NCBI GenBank assembly: GCA_002269645.1
Contig: NIVC01002246.1
Location: 124,001 to 188,000, forward strand
Reading direction: 5' to 3'
From: Macrostomum lignano
Lineage: Eukaryota
Length of the DNA stretch: 64,000 nucleotides
Part shown: in pieces, positions 32,180-45,530 of the stretch
Numbering within the stretch: the stretch's first letter is position 1
Layout of the letters: every line of letters starts with the position of its first letter
Translations under genes and position numbers: made by a program
Notes under the pieces: model-generated
Databases searched by the model: none
The model's input: the letters and a program-made list of their open reading frames with translations, nothing else
Told to the model about the DNA's origin: nothing

Positions 32180-33255
32180 TGGGTAGATAGGGAGATAGGG
32201 TAGATAAGGTAGTCAGAGTAGACAGGGTAGACAGGGCATACACGGTAGTCAGGATAGTCAGGGTAGATAGGGTAGTCAGGGTAGTCAGGATAGTCAGGGT
32301 AGATAGGTTAGTCAGGGTAGATAGGGTAGTCAAGGTAGATAGGGTAGTCAAGGCAGATTGGGTAGTCGTAGATAGGGTAGTAAAGGTACGTCGATAGGGT
32401 AGTCAGGGTAGATAGGGTAGTCAGGGTAGATAGGGTAGTCAAGGTACGTAGATAGGGTAGTCAGGGTAGATAAGGTAGTCAGGGTAGATAAGGTAGTCAG
32501 GGTAGATAGGGTAGTCAAGGTACGTAGATAGGGTAGTCAGGGTAGATAAGGTAGTCAGGGTAGATAGGGTAATTAGGGTAGATAGGGTAGTCAGGGTAGA
32601 TAGGGTAGTCAAGGTAGATAGGGTAGTCAGGGTCATAGGGTAGTCAGGGTAGATAGGGTAGTCAGGGTAGATAGGGTAGTCAGGGTAGTCAGGGTAGTCA
32701 GGGTAGACAGGGTAGAAAGGGTAGAAAGAATTCAGAGGGTAGACAGTGAAGTAAGAGTAGACAGAGTAGACAGGGTGGACAGGGTGGACAGAGTAGACAA
32801 AGTAGACAGGGTGGACAGGGTGGACAGAGTAGACAGGGTGGACAGAGTAGACAGGGTGGACAGAGTAGACAGAGTAGACAGGGTGGACAGAGTAGACAGA
32901 GTAGACAGGGTGGACAGAGTAGACAGATTAGACAGGGTGGACAGAGTAGACAGATTAGACAGGGTGGACAGAGTAGACAGGGTGGACAGAGTAGACAGGG
33001 TGGACAGAGTAGACAGGGTGGACAGAGTAGACGGAGTAGACAGGGTGGACAGAGTAGACAGAGTAGACAGGGTGGACAGAGTAGACAGGGTGGACAGAGT
33101 AGACAGATTAGACAGGGTGGACAGAGTAGACAGAGTAGACAGGGTGGACAGAGTAGACAGGGTGGACAGAGTAGACAGATTAGACAGGGTGGACAGAGTA
33201 GACAGAGTAGACAGCTAGGGTGGACAGAGTAGACAGGGTGGACAGAGTAGACAGT
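32180..33255. repeat. Related 9-nt-based arrays (GGTAGTCAG/GGTAGATAG, then GTAGACAGA/GTGGACAGG)
   Basis: Tandem arrays with a switch of unit near 32740. Confidence 0.93.
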
Positions 33256-34254
33256 AAAAGCTTTTATAAACGCTCAGCACTCAGCAGTGGAGAGCACAGT
33301 TTCAAAGCGCTGGACAGAGGGACGCTCACAGAAAAGCAGCAAAAACGTTTTTGAAAAATAGCTGAACACAACGGCATGGATGGAGACTTGTGGTGCTTTG
33401 CCCTGCCCTTGTCTACCGCACTGGCAAGGGCGGCCCTCCCGGGGGCTGCTGGCTCGATCTCCCCCCCCCCCCCCAGAAACCGATCCCTTTAAACTTCGAC
33501 CCTGAACCCCTTCGGCAATTATCTGGTGGAAGTCCCTAAGGATACTGGTAGCAACTGAAAGCACTGATTTGTACTCTTCAGGTAAGACCTCCGCTCAGAC
33601 CTGTCTCTCAGGTGTCCTGCTGATTTGTACAATACTATAAAATCAGAGCTGTACACCCCGGTGAATATTGAACGATTCTGCAACAGAATCGCCAGACAGA
33701 CACAGCTGGCCCCAGGAACTTTTCCACCGATCTGATATTTCCAGGGATTCCTGCAGTCCGCCTAACGGATCCGCCAATTCCATTAAGGAAGTTCGACGCA
33801 AAAATAAAACTTTTTTTTCAAAGCTGGTTACTAAGGGAAAAGCGTCTATTTTTACGATGAACTTTCCCTCACTCGGATCCATCAGCCGCACTAGTGAACT
33901 GGACATTGGCCTGTCTGGCGCAGAGTTGGCGGTGATAGAGCTTCTCCTGAATGCTTTTTCTGGGCCGGTCTGCCCATTCTGTCCACAATAAGTCCGTATC
34001 TGGCCGCCGTGGCAATATTGAAAAATGCAGCCTCCTGCAAAGTGAAAAAGCAGGTACTGAAAGGTAACACTGCCGTTCGATGGAAAACTTTTCTGACAGC
34101 TCAAATGTTGCATTCAGTTTTCTTAAACCTTCCAGTGTGTAAATAAAAATGGTTGGTTTCCGATTGGAAATTTGTTGAAGACTGCACTGGAGGCTTAAAA
34201 AGCCAAAGTACTGCGTGTTCTTTAATAAGAGGAGGCCGCATTCCACCTTTTGAG

Positions 34255-34712
34255 TGTCTTGGTGGGCGCCCTTGTCTCTTGGTGGGCGCCCCTGTCTCTT
34301 GGTGGGCGCCCCTGTCTCTTGGTGGGCGCCCCTGTCTCTTGGTGGGTGCCCCTGTCTCTTGGTGGGCACCCCTGTCTCTTGGTGGACGCCCCCAGTCTCT
34401 AGGTGGGCGCCCCTTTCTCTTGGTGGGCGCCCCCAGTCTCTAGGTGGGCGCCCCTGTTCTTGGTGGGCACCCCTGTCTCTTGGTGGGCGCCCCTGTCTCT
34501 TGGTGGGCGCCCCTGTCTCTTGGTGGGCGCCCCTGTCTCTTGGTGGGCGCCCCTGTCTCTTGGTGGGCGCCCCCAGTCTCTAGGTGGGCGCCCCTGTCTC
34601 TTGGTGGGCGCCCCCAGTCTCTAGGTGGGCGCCCCTTTCTGTTGGGTGGCGCCCTCTGTCTCTTGGAAGGCGCCCCTGTCTCTTGGTGGGTGTCCCTCTC
34701 TTGGTAGGCGCC
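34255..34712 (-). repeat. 20-nt minisatellite (CCACCAAGAGACAGGGGCGC)n, copy 3, inverted
   Basis: Reverse complement of the unit in copies 1 and 2. Confidence 0.95.
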
Positions 34713-35170
34713 TCTGCCTCTGTCAGGCCTTAATGCTTCAGGCGCTGCTGATTTTTCATTTGTTCAACAGGACATGACCTGGAATATTTGATGAAAGCCA
34801 CCATTCTGCCGTAGTTTTCAATAACCTACTGAGTCTCCAGTCTGTCAGTCAGTTAACCCTGCCAACAGGGCATGCCACATCTGACCCCTGTTGCCTGATG
34901 CCTGCCCTCTACCAAGAGTTTCTGGCTATAAACACATGAAATGCTCCTGGGTAGAAGGGGTGGGGTTGGAGGCACAGGTACACTTGTCATCGCGGTGCTT
35001 GCGTTGACGGCCGTGACACTCCGTCAGTGAGGCAAATGTCTGTCGTCCTTTGGTAATTTGAACTTCTAGCCTTTAGAGCCACTGACGTTCACTAAGAGAC
35101 CCGCTGCTGTCTTCTGGGAGCAAAGTTTGTTGCCTGCTGTTACCGACTTAGTTAGCGGCGTAGATTTTTT

Positions 35171-35282
35171 GGCGCCACTAAACACACAGAAATGGCGCCA
35201 CTAAGCTCACAGAAATGGCGCCACTAAACACACAGAAATGGCGCCACTAAACACACAGAAATGGCGCTACTAAGCTCACAGA
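35171..35282. repeat. 23-nt repeat, about 5 copies (GCGCCACTAAACACACAGAAATG)
   Basis: Tandem copies directly before the (CAGT)n tract. Confidence 0.85.
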
Positions 35283-35291
35283 CTGACTGGC

Positions 35292-35314
35292 TCAGTCAGT
35301 CAGTCAGTTAGTCA

Positions 35315-35360
<46 letters not shown>

Positions 35361-35366
35361 TAGTCA

Positions 35367-35417
<51 letters not shown>

Positions 35418-36661
35418 AGTCAGTCAGTCAGTCAGTCAGTCAGTCAGTCAGTCAGTCAGTCAGTCAGTCAGTCAGTCAGTCAGTCAGTCACCCACTCACT
35501 CAAGTCAGTCAGTCAGTCAGTCAGTCAGTCAGTCAGTCAGTCAGTCAGTCAGTCAGTCAGTCAGTCAGTCAGTCAGTCAGTCAGTCACCCACTCACTCAA
35601 GTCAGTCAGTCAGTCAGTCAGTCAGTCAGTCAGTCAGTCAGTCAGTCAGTCAGTCAGTCAGTCAGTCAGTCAGTCAGTCAGTCAGTCAGTCAGTCAGTCA
35701 CCCACTCACTCAAGTCAGTCAGTCAGTCAGTCAGTCAGTCAGTCAGTCAGTCAGTCAGTCAGTCAGTCAGTCAGTCAGTCAGTCAGTCAGTCACCCACTC
35801 AAGTCAGTCAGTCAGTCAGTCAGTCAGTCAGTCAGTCAGTCAGTCAGTCAGTCAGTCAGTCAGTCAGTCAGTCAGTCAGTCAGTCAGTCAGTCAGTCAGT
35901 CAGTCAGTCAGTCAGTCAGTCAGTCAGTCAGTCAGTCAGTCAGTCAGTCAGTCAGTCAGTCAGTCAGTCAGTCAGTCAGTCAGTCAGTCAGTCAGTCAGT
36001 CAGTCAGTCAGTCAGTCAGTCAGTCACCCACTCAAGTCAGTCAGTCAGTCAGTCAGTCAGTCAGTCAGTCAGTCAGTCAGTCAGTCAGTCAGTCAGTCAG
36101 TCAGTCAGTCAGTCAGTCACCCACTCAAGTCAGTCAGTCAGTCAGTCAGTCAGTCAGTCAGTCAGTCAGTCAGTCAGTCAGTCAGTCAGTCAGTCAGTCA
36201 GTCAGTCACCCACTCAAGTCAGTCAGTCAGTCAGTCAGTCAGTCAGTCAGTCAGTCAGTCAGTCAGTCAGTCAGTCAGTCAGTCAGTCAGTCAGTCAGTC
36301 ACCCACTCAAGTCAGTCAGTCAGTCAGTCAGTCAGTCAGTCAGTCAGTCAGTCAGTCAGTCAGTCAGTCAGTCAGTCAGTCAGTCAGTCAGTCACCCACT
36401 CACTCAAGTCAGTCAGTCAGTCAGTCAGTCAGTCAGTCAGTCAGTCAGTCAGTCAGTCAGTCAGTCAGTCAGTCACCCACTCACTCAAGTCAGTCAGTCA
36501 GTCAGTCAGTCAGTCAGTCAGTCAGTCAGTCAGTCAGTCAGTCAGTCAGTCAGTCAGTCACCCACTCAAGTCAGTCAGTCAGTCAGTCAGTCAGTCAGTC
36601 AGTCAGTCAGTCAGTCAGTCAGTCAGTCAGTCAGTCAGTCAGTCAGTCAGTCAGTCAGTCA

Positions 36662-36704
<43 letters not shown>

Positions 36705-36722
36705 AGTCAGTCAGTCTGTCAC
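35292..36722. repeat. (CAGT)n microsatellite, about 1.4 kb, with recurring CACCCACT(CACT)CAA interruptions
   Basis: Direct observation. Confidence 0.97.
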
Positions 36723-37348
36723 TGCATTGCCCCCTATTAGTGCACAAGAAGCTCTTACAGCCCTGGATAATCCCAAACCCACCTTGTCCTGGTTATTATA
36801 TTGCTGCCCATAGGATTAACATTTTCTAAGAAAGAGAGATTAACTCGCCGCCATAAAAGTCCAAATATGCAGCGCTTCGGGGATTAATCCCCTTTGCCCT
36901 GATGATTCTCCCCGTGAAGCCGTTGCCAGCGGCAACAAGCCACGTGTTCCCCATCATAATGCCTGCCCTTTCGCCCCATCATCGCTGTCAAATTACACTT
37001 CCCGTCCTCTTGGGAGTTGCTGCTGGTTGGGGGGGGGGGGTTGGTGGGCCAAATCTTTGTTGAAGCTGTTAAATCCCGGATCGAATGGTTTTGAATGCAG
37101 GGAGGCTAGAGGCTTTTATTTAGGCGTTGGCTTCATCGGCAAGCCTTTGGCCAATTTCAATTTGCTGGTTAGCCCCTGAAATGACTCAACCAAGATATTT
37201 GAATGGCTCATCTGAGATAGCGGGTCAGCGAGGTCGGTAGCGTGGGGGGATAAAAGGCAAGGAGTTAAGATGGAGAGCAAATTTGAGCAGTTTTTCGATG
37301 GACAAACTTTCTTTTTTATTGCTGCAGATTTGCTTTGAGAAATGCTAA

Positions 37349-37770
37349 CCCCTCCCCTCCATCACCAGATTCTCTGTAGGTAAGGGTCAGTTGACCCCTC
37401 CATCACCAGATTCTCTGTAGGTAAGGGTCAGTTGACCCCTCCATTACAGGATTCTATGTAGGTAATGGTCAGTTGACCCCTCCATTACAGGATTCTCTGT
37501 AGGTGAGGGTCAGTTGACCCCTCAATTACAGGATTCTCTGTAGGTAAGGGTCAGTTGACCCCTCCATTACAGGATTCTCTGTAGGTAAGGGTCAGTTGAC
37601 CCCTCCATTACAGGATTCTCTGTAGGTAAGGGTCAGTTGACCCCTCCATTACAGGATTCTCAGTAGGTGAGGGTCAGTTGACCCCTCTATTACAGGATTC
37701 TCAGTTGGTGGGGGTCAGTTGACCCCTCCATTACCAGATTTGCCGTAGGTGAGGGTCAGTTGACCCCCTT
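37349..37770 (+). repeat. 41-nt hairpin-forming minisatellite (GACCCCTCCATTACAGGATTCTCTGTAGGTAAGGGTCAGTT)n, array 1
   Basis: About 10 units; same family as 43783-44190. Confidence 0.93.
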
Positions 37771-38521
37771 CAGGCACATGCTCACACAAAGTGTACATGT
37801 ACAGGATTGTCGAACAGGAGTGTCTAACAGGAGTTACCAATACCCAATACCCGACCGTAGCTTCCTATTGCCCCGCCTCTCCCAGAGCGCATGGCAACCG
37901 TCTCTGACGCAGCCACAGCCAATGAGTGACCAGTGACTGCAGGCCCAGCCCTACCCTGTCAGTCTTAACTCCCCTCTTCGACACTGCATGGCAACTAAAG
38001 CACATAAAGAAGAACTGCTGCCTCTGTCGTTTTTGTCTTTTCAGTTCAGAGGAAAAGCCTCTCAGAAAATTTTTGACTTCCCACTCAGAAGCAGAAAACA
38101 AAAGCCACTCAAAGTTGCTGCAAAGTTTTCCCGTCAGTGCGGCAGGGAAAAAGCACCTTTTAGGGCTTAGACGCACCAATTAGACAGAATGGCTGTAGCC
38201 GACTGTCTTACTTAAATACATTCAATTGGTTTACGTCTGAACTGAATAAAAAAATATAATCGGCTGGGACAAATTCAAGCCAGAGACTTGGACCACTGCA
38301 CATTCCGGAAGTTAATATTTACTGGAAACTGCAGATACTAATCCACTGGTTAGGTGAGTCTGCTGCTTTTGATTAGTGAATAATACTGCTGCTTTGGGAG
38401 AACTTTCATGTTTAAAAATAAACGCATTTCAAGGGGACCATGGTCTGCAAGAATCGCTGATCTTAGACGCTGTAAATTATTAGACTCCGGACTCTATAGG
38501 CCTTAGACTTGGATCTTAGAC

Positions 38522-41500
38522 TCTATAGATGAGTTCAGAGAGAGAGAGACACAAACCCTATAGATGAGTTCACAGAGAGACACAAACCCAATAGATGAGT
38601 TCACAGAGAGACACAACCCTATAGATGAGTTCACAGAGAGACAAACCCTATAGATGAGTTCACAGAGAGACAAACCCTATAGATGAGTTCACAGAGAGAC
38701 AAACCCTATAGATGAGTTCACACAGAAACACAAGCTCTATGGATGAGTTCACAGAGAGACACAAACCCTATAGATGAGTTCACAGAGAGACACAACCCTA
38801 TAGATGAGTTCACAGACACACAACCCAATAGATGAGTTAACAGAGAGACACAAACCCTATAGATGAGTTCACAGAGAAACACAAACCCTATAGATGAGTT
38901 CACAGAGAGACACAAACCCTATAGATGAGTTCACAGAGAGACACAAACCCTATAGATGAGTTCACAGAGAGACACAACCCTATAGATGAGTTCACAGAGA
39001 GACACAAACCCTATAGATGAGTTCAGACAGAAACACAAGCTCTATGGATGAGTTCACAGAGAGACACAAACCCTATAGATGAGTTCACAGAGAGACACAA
39101 ACCCTATAGATGAGTTCACAGAGAGACAAACCCTATAGATGAGTTCACAGAGAGACAAACCCTATAGATGAGTTCACACAGCAACACAAGCTCTATGGAT
39201 GAGTTCACAGAGAGACACAAACCCTATAGATGAGTTCACAGAGAGACACAACCCTATAGATGAGTTCACAGAGAGACACAAACCCTATAGATGAGTTCAC
39301 AGAGAGACACAAACCCTATAGATGAGTTCACAGAGAGACACAAACCCTATAGATGAGTTCACAGAGAGACACAAACCCTATAGATGAGTTCACAGAGAGA
39401 CACAAACCCTATAGATGAGTTCACAGAGAGACACAAACCCTATAGATGAGTTCACAGAGAGACACAACCCTATAGATGAGTTCACAGAGAGACACAAACC
39501 CTATAAATGAGTTCAGACAGAAACACAAGCTCTATGGATGAGTTCACAGAGAGACACAAACCCTATAGATGAGTTCACAGAGAGACACAAACCCTATAGA
39601 TGAGTTCACAGAGAGACACAAACCCTATAGATGAGTTCACAGAGAGACACAAACCCTATAGATGAGTTCACAGAGAGACACAAACCCTATAGATGAGTTC
39701 AGACAGAATCACAAGCTCTATGGATGAGTTCACAGAGAGACACAAACCCTATAGATGAGTTCACAGAGAGACACAAACCCTATAGATGAGTTCACAGAGA
39801 GACACAAACCCTATAGATGAGTTCACAGAGAGACACAAACCCTATAGATGAGTTCACAGAGAGACACAAACCCTATAGATGAGTTCACAGAGAGACACAA
39901 ACCCTATAGATGAGTTCACAGAGAGACACAACCCTATAGATGAGTTCACAGAGAGACACAAACCCAATAGATGAGTTCACAGAGAGACACAACCCTATAG
40001 ATGAGTTCACAGAGAGACAAACCCTATAGATGAGTTCACAGAGAGACACAAACCCTATAGATGAGTTCAGACAGAAACACAAGCTCTATGGATGAGTTCA
40101 CAGAGAGACACAAACCCTATAGATGAGTTCACAGAGAGACACAAACCCTATAGATGAGTTCAGACAGAATCACAAGCTCTATAGATGAGTTCACAGAGAG
40201 ACACAAACCCTATAGATGAGTTCACAGAGAGACACAAACCCTATAGATGAGTTCAGACAGAAACACAAGCTCTATGGATGAGTTCACAGAGAGACACAAA
40301 CCCTATAGATGAGTTCACAGAGAGACACAAACCCTATAGATGAGTTCACAGAGAGACACAAACCCTATAGATGAGTTCACAGAGAGACAAAGCTCTATAG
40401 ATGAGTTCACAGAGAGACACAAACCCTATAGATGAGTTCACAGAGAGACAAAGCTCTATAGATGAGTTCACAGAGAGACACAAACCCTATAGATGAGTTC
40501 AGACAGAAACACAAGCTCTATGGATGAGTTCACAGAGAGACACAAACCCTATAGATGAGTTCACAGAGAGACACAAACCCTATAGATGAGTTCACAGAGA
40601 GGCAAAGCTGTATAGATGAGTTCACAGAGAGACAAAGCTCTATAGATGAGTTCACAGAGAGACACAACCCTATAGATGAGTTCAGACAGAAACACAAGCT
40701 CTATGGATGAGTTCACAGAGAGACACAACCCTATAGATGAGTTCAGACAGAAACACAAGCTCTATGGATGAGTTCACAGAGAGACACAAACCCTATAGAT
40801 GAGTTCACAGAGAGACACAAACCCTATAGATGAGTTCACAGAGAGACACAAACCCTATAGATGAGTTCAGACAGAAACACAAGCTCTATGGATGAGTTCA
40901 CAGAGAGACACAAACCCTATAGATGAGTTCACAGAGAGACACAAACCCTATAGATGAGTTCACAGAGAGACAAACCCTATAGATGAGTTCACAGAGAGAC
41001 AAACCCTATAGATGAGTTCACAGAGAGACACAACCCTATAGATGAGTTCACAGAGAGACACAAACCCTATAGATGAGTTCAGACAGAAACACAAGCTCTA
41101 TGGATGAGTTCACAGAGAGACACAAACCCTATAGATGAGTTCACAGAGAGACACAAACCCTATAGATGAGTTCACAGAGAGACACAAACCCTATAGATGA
41201 GTTCACAGAGAGACACAAACCCTATAGATGAGTTCAGACAGAAACACAAGCTCTATGGATGAGTTCACAGAGAGACACAAACCCTATAGATGAGTTCACA
41301 GAGAGACACAACCCTATAGATGAGTTCACAGAGAGACACAAACCCTATAGATGAGTTCACAGAGAGACACAAACCCTATAGATGAGTTCACAGAGAGACA
41401 CAAACCCTATAGATGAGTTCACAGAGAGACACAAACCCTATAGATGAGTTCACAGAGAGACACAACCCTATAGATGAGTTCACAGAGAGACACAAACCCA

Positions 41501-42558
41501 ATAGATGAGTTCACAGAGAGACACAACCCTATAGATGAGTTCACAGAGAGACAAACCCTATAGATGAGTTCACAGAGAGACAAACCCTATAGATGAGTTC
41601 ACACAGAAACACAAGCTCTATGGATGAGTTCACAGAGAGACACAAACCCTATAGATGAGTTCACAGAGAGACACAAACCCTATAGATGAGTTCACAGAGA
41701 GACACAAACCCTATAGATGAGTTCACAGAGAGACACAAACCCTATAGATGAGTTCAGACAGAAACACAAGCTCTATGGATGAGTTCACAGAGAGACACAA
41801 ACCCTATAGATGAGTTCACAGAGAGACACAAACCCTATAGATGAGTTCACAGAGAGACACAAACCCTATAGATGAGTTCACAGAGAGACACAAACCCTAT
41901 AGATGAGTTCACAGAGAGACACAACCCTATAGATGAGTTCACAGAGAGACAAAGCTCTATAGATGAGTTCACAGAGAGACACAACCCTATAGATGAGTTC
42001 AGACAGAAACACAAGCTCTATGGATGAGTTCACAGAGAGACACAAACCCTATAGATGAGTTCACAGAGAGACACAAACCCTATAGATGAGTTCACAGAGA
42101 GACACAAACCCAATAGATGAGTTCACAGAGAGACACAAACCCAATAGATGAGTTCACAGAGAGACACAACCCTATAGATGAGTTCACAGAGAGACACAAA
42201 CCCTATAGATGAGTTCACAGAGAGACACAAACCCTATAGATGAGTTCACAGAGAGACACAACCCAATAGATGAGTTCAGAGAGAGACACAAACCCAATAG
42301 ATGAGTTCACAGAGAGACACAACCCTATAGATGAGTTCACAGAGAGACACAAACCCTATAGATGAGTTCACAGAGAGACACAAACCCTATAGATGAGTTC
42401 ACAGAGAGACACAAACCCAATAGATGAGTTCACAGAGAGACACAAACCCAATAGATGAGTTCACAGAGAGACACAAACCCAATAGATGAGTTCACAGAGA
42501 GACACAAACCCTATAGATGAGTTCAGACAGAAACACAAGCTCTATAGATGAGTTCACG
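38522..42558. repeat. 29-31-nt satellite (CCCTATAGATGAGTTCACAGAGAGACACAAA)n, about 4 kb
   Basis: Long homogeneous array with a recurring variant unit (GAGTTCAGACAGAAACACAAGCTCTATGGAT). Confidence 0.97.
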
Positions 42559-43782
42559 AAGACAATGCTCAGATGAATTGTGAAATATGAAATATTTTGC
42601 CTAAAATATTCATTACTTTTACGCCGCTTGAAGTGAACGCCATAAAAGTCTGGAGCGATTCTTCTTCCGTCAATCATTATCAGCTGCATAAGCAAAAGGT
42701 CATTGCCGGACCTCAGGTATAATAAGAGAGAAAGAAAACTAACAGACTTTCTCTGCAAAACTGAGCCGCAGAGGACCGAGCGGAAGACGTATCATGACAG
42801 ACTTTTGCCCGCAAAAGATACATGTTGGCGGGGTAGAAGCCGAAGGTCGAACGCGGGAGGATAACTTACGTGACAAGACGTATTTTCCTAAATCGAGATG
42901 GGATTTCTGCGTCCGAAGACTCTCTGGCAGATTTTTCACCGGGATAGGAATATAGAAAAACCCGGAGAATATGATTCGAGTTTAGTAAAACAAAGGAAAA
43001 ATGACAGTTTAAACAAACAGAAATAATTGCTTTACTGCTTTCTATTATCTTTACTAATTATTCTGGTAAGTCAAAACTCTTAAATGTTCACATGATGCTA
43101 CTGAAAATCTATATCAGTAAATAAGTAGCATGTTGAGGATTTCGTACGCGTAAAAAATATCCAGTTTTGTCGAATTTAAAATTGTTATTCTGTTCTGAGC
43201 CCAGTTTGGCTGCTGTCGCGGACAGGAGGGACGTGGGGAGAGGGGAGATCTGGGACGGCTGAAGCAGAGATGGGAAGAAAGTTTTCAGAACTCAAAAGTT
43301 GACGAGGCAAGGAAGCTCAAGGTTCTCATGCGAGTCCGCGTGGGCGGTGTGCCAATGGCTGGGAGCTCGTCCTGCTCCAGTTCCCAGCCTCCCAGCCTCT
43401 CCATCACTCCCTGCCTCTTCCTTCATCCGTCCTCTCCTCGCTATTCCTTCCCACTCAAAATGAGTGAGGAATTCGGGAACCTCCCCCCTCCTTGTGCACC
43501 TCGGCCTCGAGTATATCAGCCAAGGGTTTGAGCACACAGCTGCCCCAACAGCCTCAACACCCTTCGGTGACTCTGGTTTTTTGTCTTGAGCACATTTTGA
43601 GCACTCGCATTGTCACGTTTTAATCATTAATAACAAGAAACTGACCTGTTTATCCGATAGGTTTTTTTTACACCCCAGCGAATGGGGTCACGGAGCTGGA
43701 GAGGTGAGTAAGATTAATAATAGTAAGACTGATCTCCCTCTCCGTTTTCGCGAATTTGTAAATTGCTCAAACAGAATAGGAA

Positions 43783-44190
43783 GCCTGGCAGATTCTCTGT
43801 AGGTGGGGTCAGTTGACCCCTCCATTACCAGATTCTCTGGAGGTGAGGGTCAGTTGACCCCACCATAACAAGGTTCTCTATCGGCGGGGGTCAGTTGACC
43901 CCTCCATTACAAGCTTCTCTGTAGGTGGGGTCAATTGACCCCTCCATCACCAGATTCTCTGTAGGTAAGGGTCAGTTGACCCCTCCATTACAAGATTCTC
44001 TGTAGGTGGGGTCAGTTGACCCCTCCATTACCAGATTCTCTGTAGGTGAGGGTCAGTTGACGCCTCCATAACAAGATTCTCTATAGGTGAGGGTCAGTTG
44101 ACCCCTCCATAACAAGATTCTCTGTAGGCGGGGGTCAGTTGACCCATTCATCATCAGATTCTCTGTAGGCAGGGGTCAGTTGACCCTCTC
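43783..44190 (+). repeat. 40-41-nt hairpin-forming minisatellite, array 2
   Basis: About 10 units, same orientation as array 1. Confidence 0.93.
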
Positions 44191-45530
44191 GGTTTGCAAA
44201 ATGAGTGTCAATATTTTTCCTAAGCTTCGATACTCAATCTAGAATGAAGAGAAACTCACAAAAGCACTTTGTGAGCTGCCGCAGCTGCATGCAGTTAAAA
44301 GTGCACTACAGTGCAAAAACACAGCGGCAAATGGCTGCAGTTAATCCCTCTATTGACCCTAACAGCCCAACAGGAACAAACACGGCGTACTTTGCCCAGC
44401 CTGTCTTTTACAGACCAATGCATTTAAGAAGCAATTTAGCAAGAGGGGGGCTGACGTTGGTGGTGGAGAGTGAGTGGAGAACGGACAGAATACGAAGGTG
44501 CTAAAAATCTTCCAGTCACCAAAGCAGATTCGGCCAATCCCAGCAGCAGTAAAGAAGACTGCCAGGCGGCTTGCTGCTGCTGGGGGGCGCGCCGCAATCG
44601 TGCGACCTCGGTTTGCCGACTTTTCCAACCCTTGGCGGTCGATTTTTCTGGCGGGGTCGCGGATTTTTTGGTGGGGGGGAGAATCTACCTGGCTGGGGGT
44701 AGGGGTAGCCCCCCCCCTTTCCCACGTAGGAGCTAACGCAGTTCAGTCTGGATACGTCCTTCTAAGTCCCTTTCTCTCTCTCCCTCCCTCCCTCCGTCTC
44801 ATGCACCGGCTCCGCCCAGCCTTCGCCTTAGCTGCACACACAGGCAGGCGCATTGTGTCTTACTGTTGAAGAGAATGCGATAAGCCAAGCCGGGCCCCCC
44901 GTCTCTATGAACGAACCCAGCTAACCATATGCTTGGGGGATTCTTGCCCTCCTCTTCCCCTTTCGCCCTTCGTTCCCTGTCTTTGCCCGGCTGCCACCTC
45001 TTCCCCACCCAGGCCTTTGCAGTCAATTCTTCCTCCAAAACCCTCTTTTGTTATAAATAAAGGCAGACAAGGAGACAGACAGGGAGACAGTGAGAGAGAG
45101 AGTGAGAGGGAGAGAGAAAAGTAGACAACGGAGAGATCTGGCGCGGCAAGCGAGTCTCTCCAAATCTCCAATCTCACTCTCCACTTTACAAGTATTTTAC
45201 CGCTTTTCTTAGAAAAAAACAAATTTTTAAAGCTTTTTTCGACCGCAACAAACCGCTTTGAACCGCTAAGTTCCGCCACTTTCATTTCGAAATCTACTGA
45301 AGCTCGCTTTCTGCAAATGTTTTCTGAGATTATAACAGTTTTTTTGTCAACTCTAGCATCATCATTTTCTGCCGCACACAGAAAGATAAAGTTTCGCATT
45401 CTGAACAAACACAGCAGAAGAAGCGGATTTGAATTGACGCCGACCAGAGGCAAACGCGAAGCAAGTCAAAGAAGCCGACGGACAACTCCTTCAGAGTCAT
45501 TTTCACACCGTTGCCAAGGCTGCTCCCAGC

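Noticed and set aside
31801-34113. Minus-strand ORFs 31801-32088 and 33643-34113 and plus-strand ORF 33668-33991
   Set aside because: No motif recognised and no consistent splice chain; cannot be supported without a homology search.
34180-34745. Possible TIRs around the third 20-nt array
   Set aside because: Only a loose, gapped similarity between the flanks, unlike the TIRs at 20070/21172, and no TSD.
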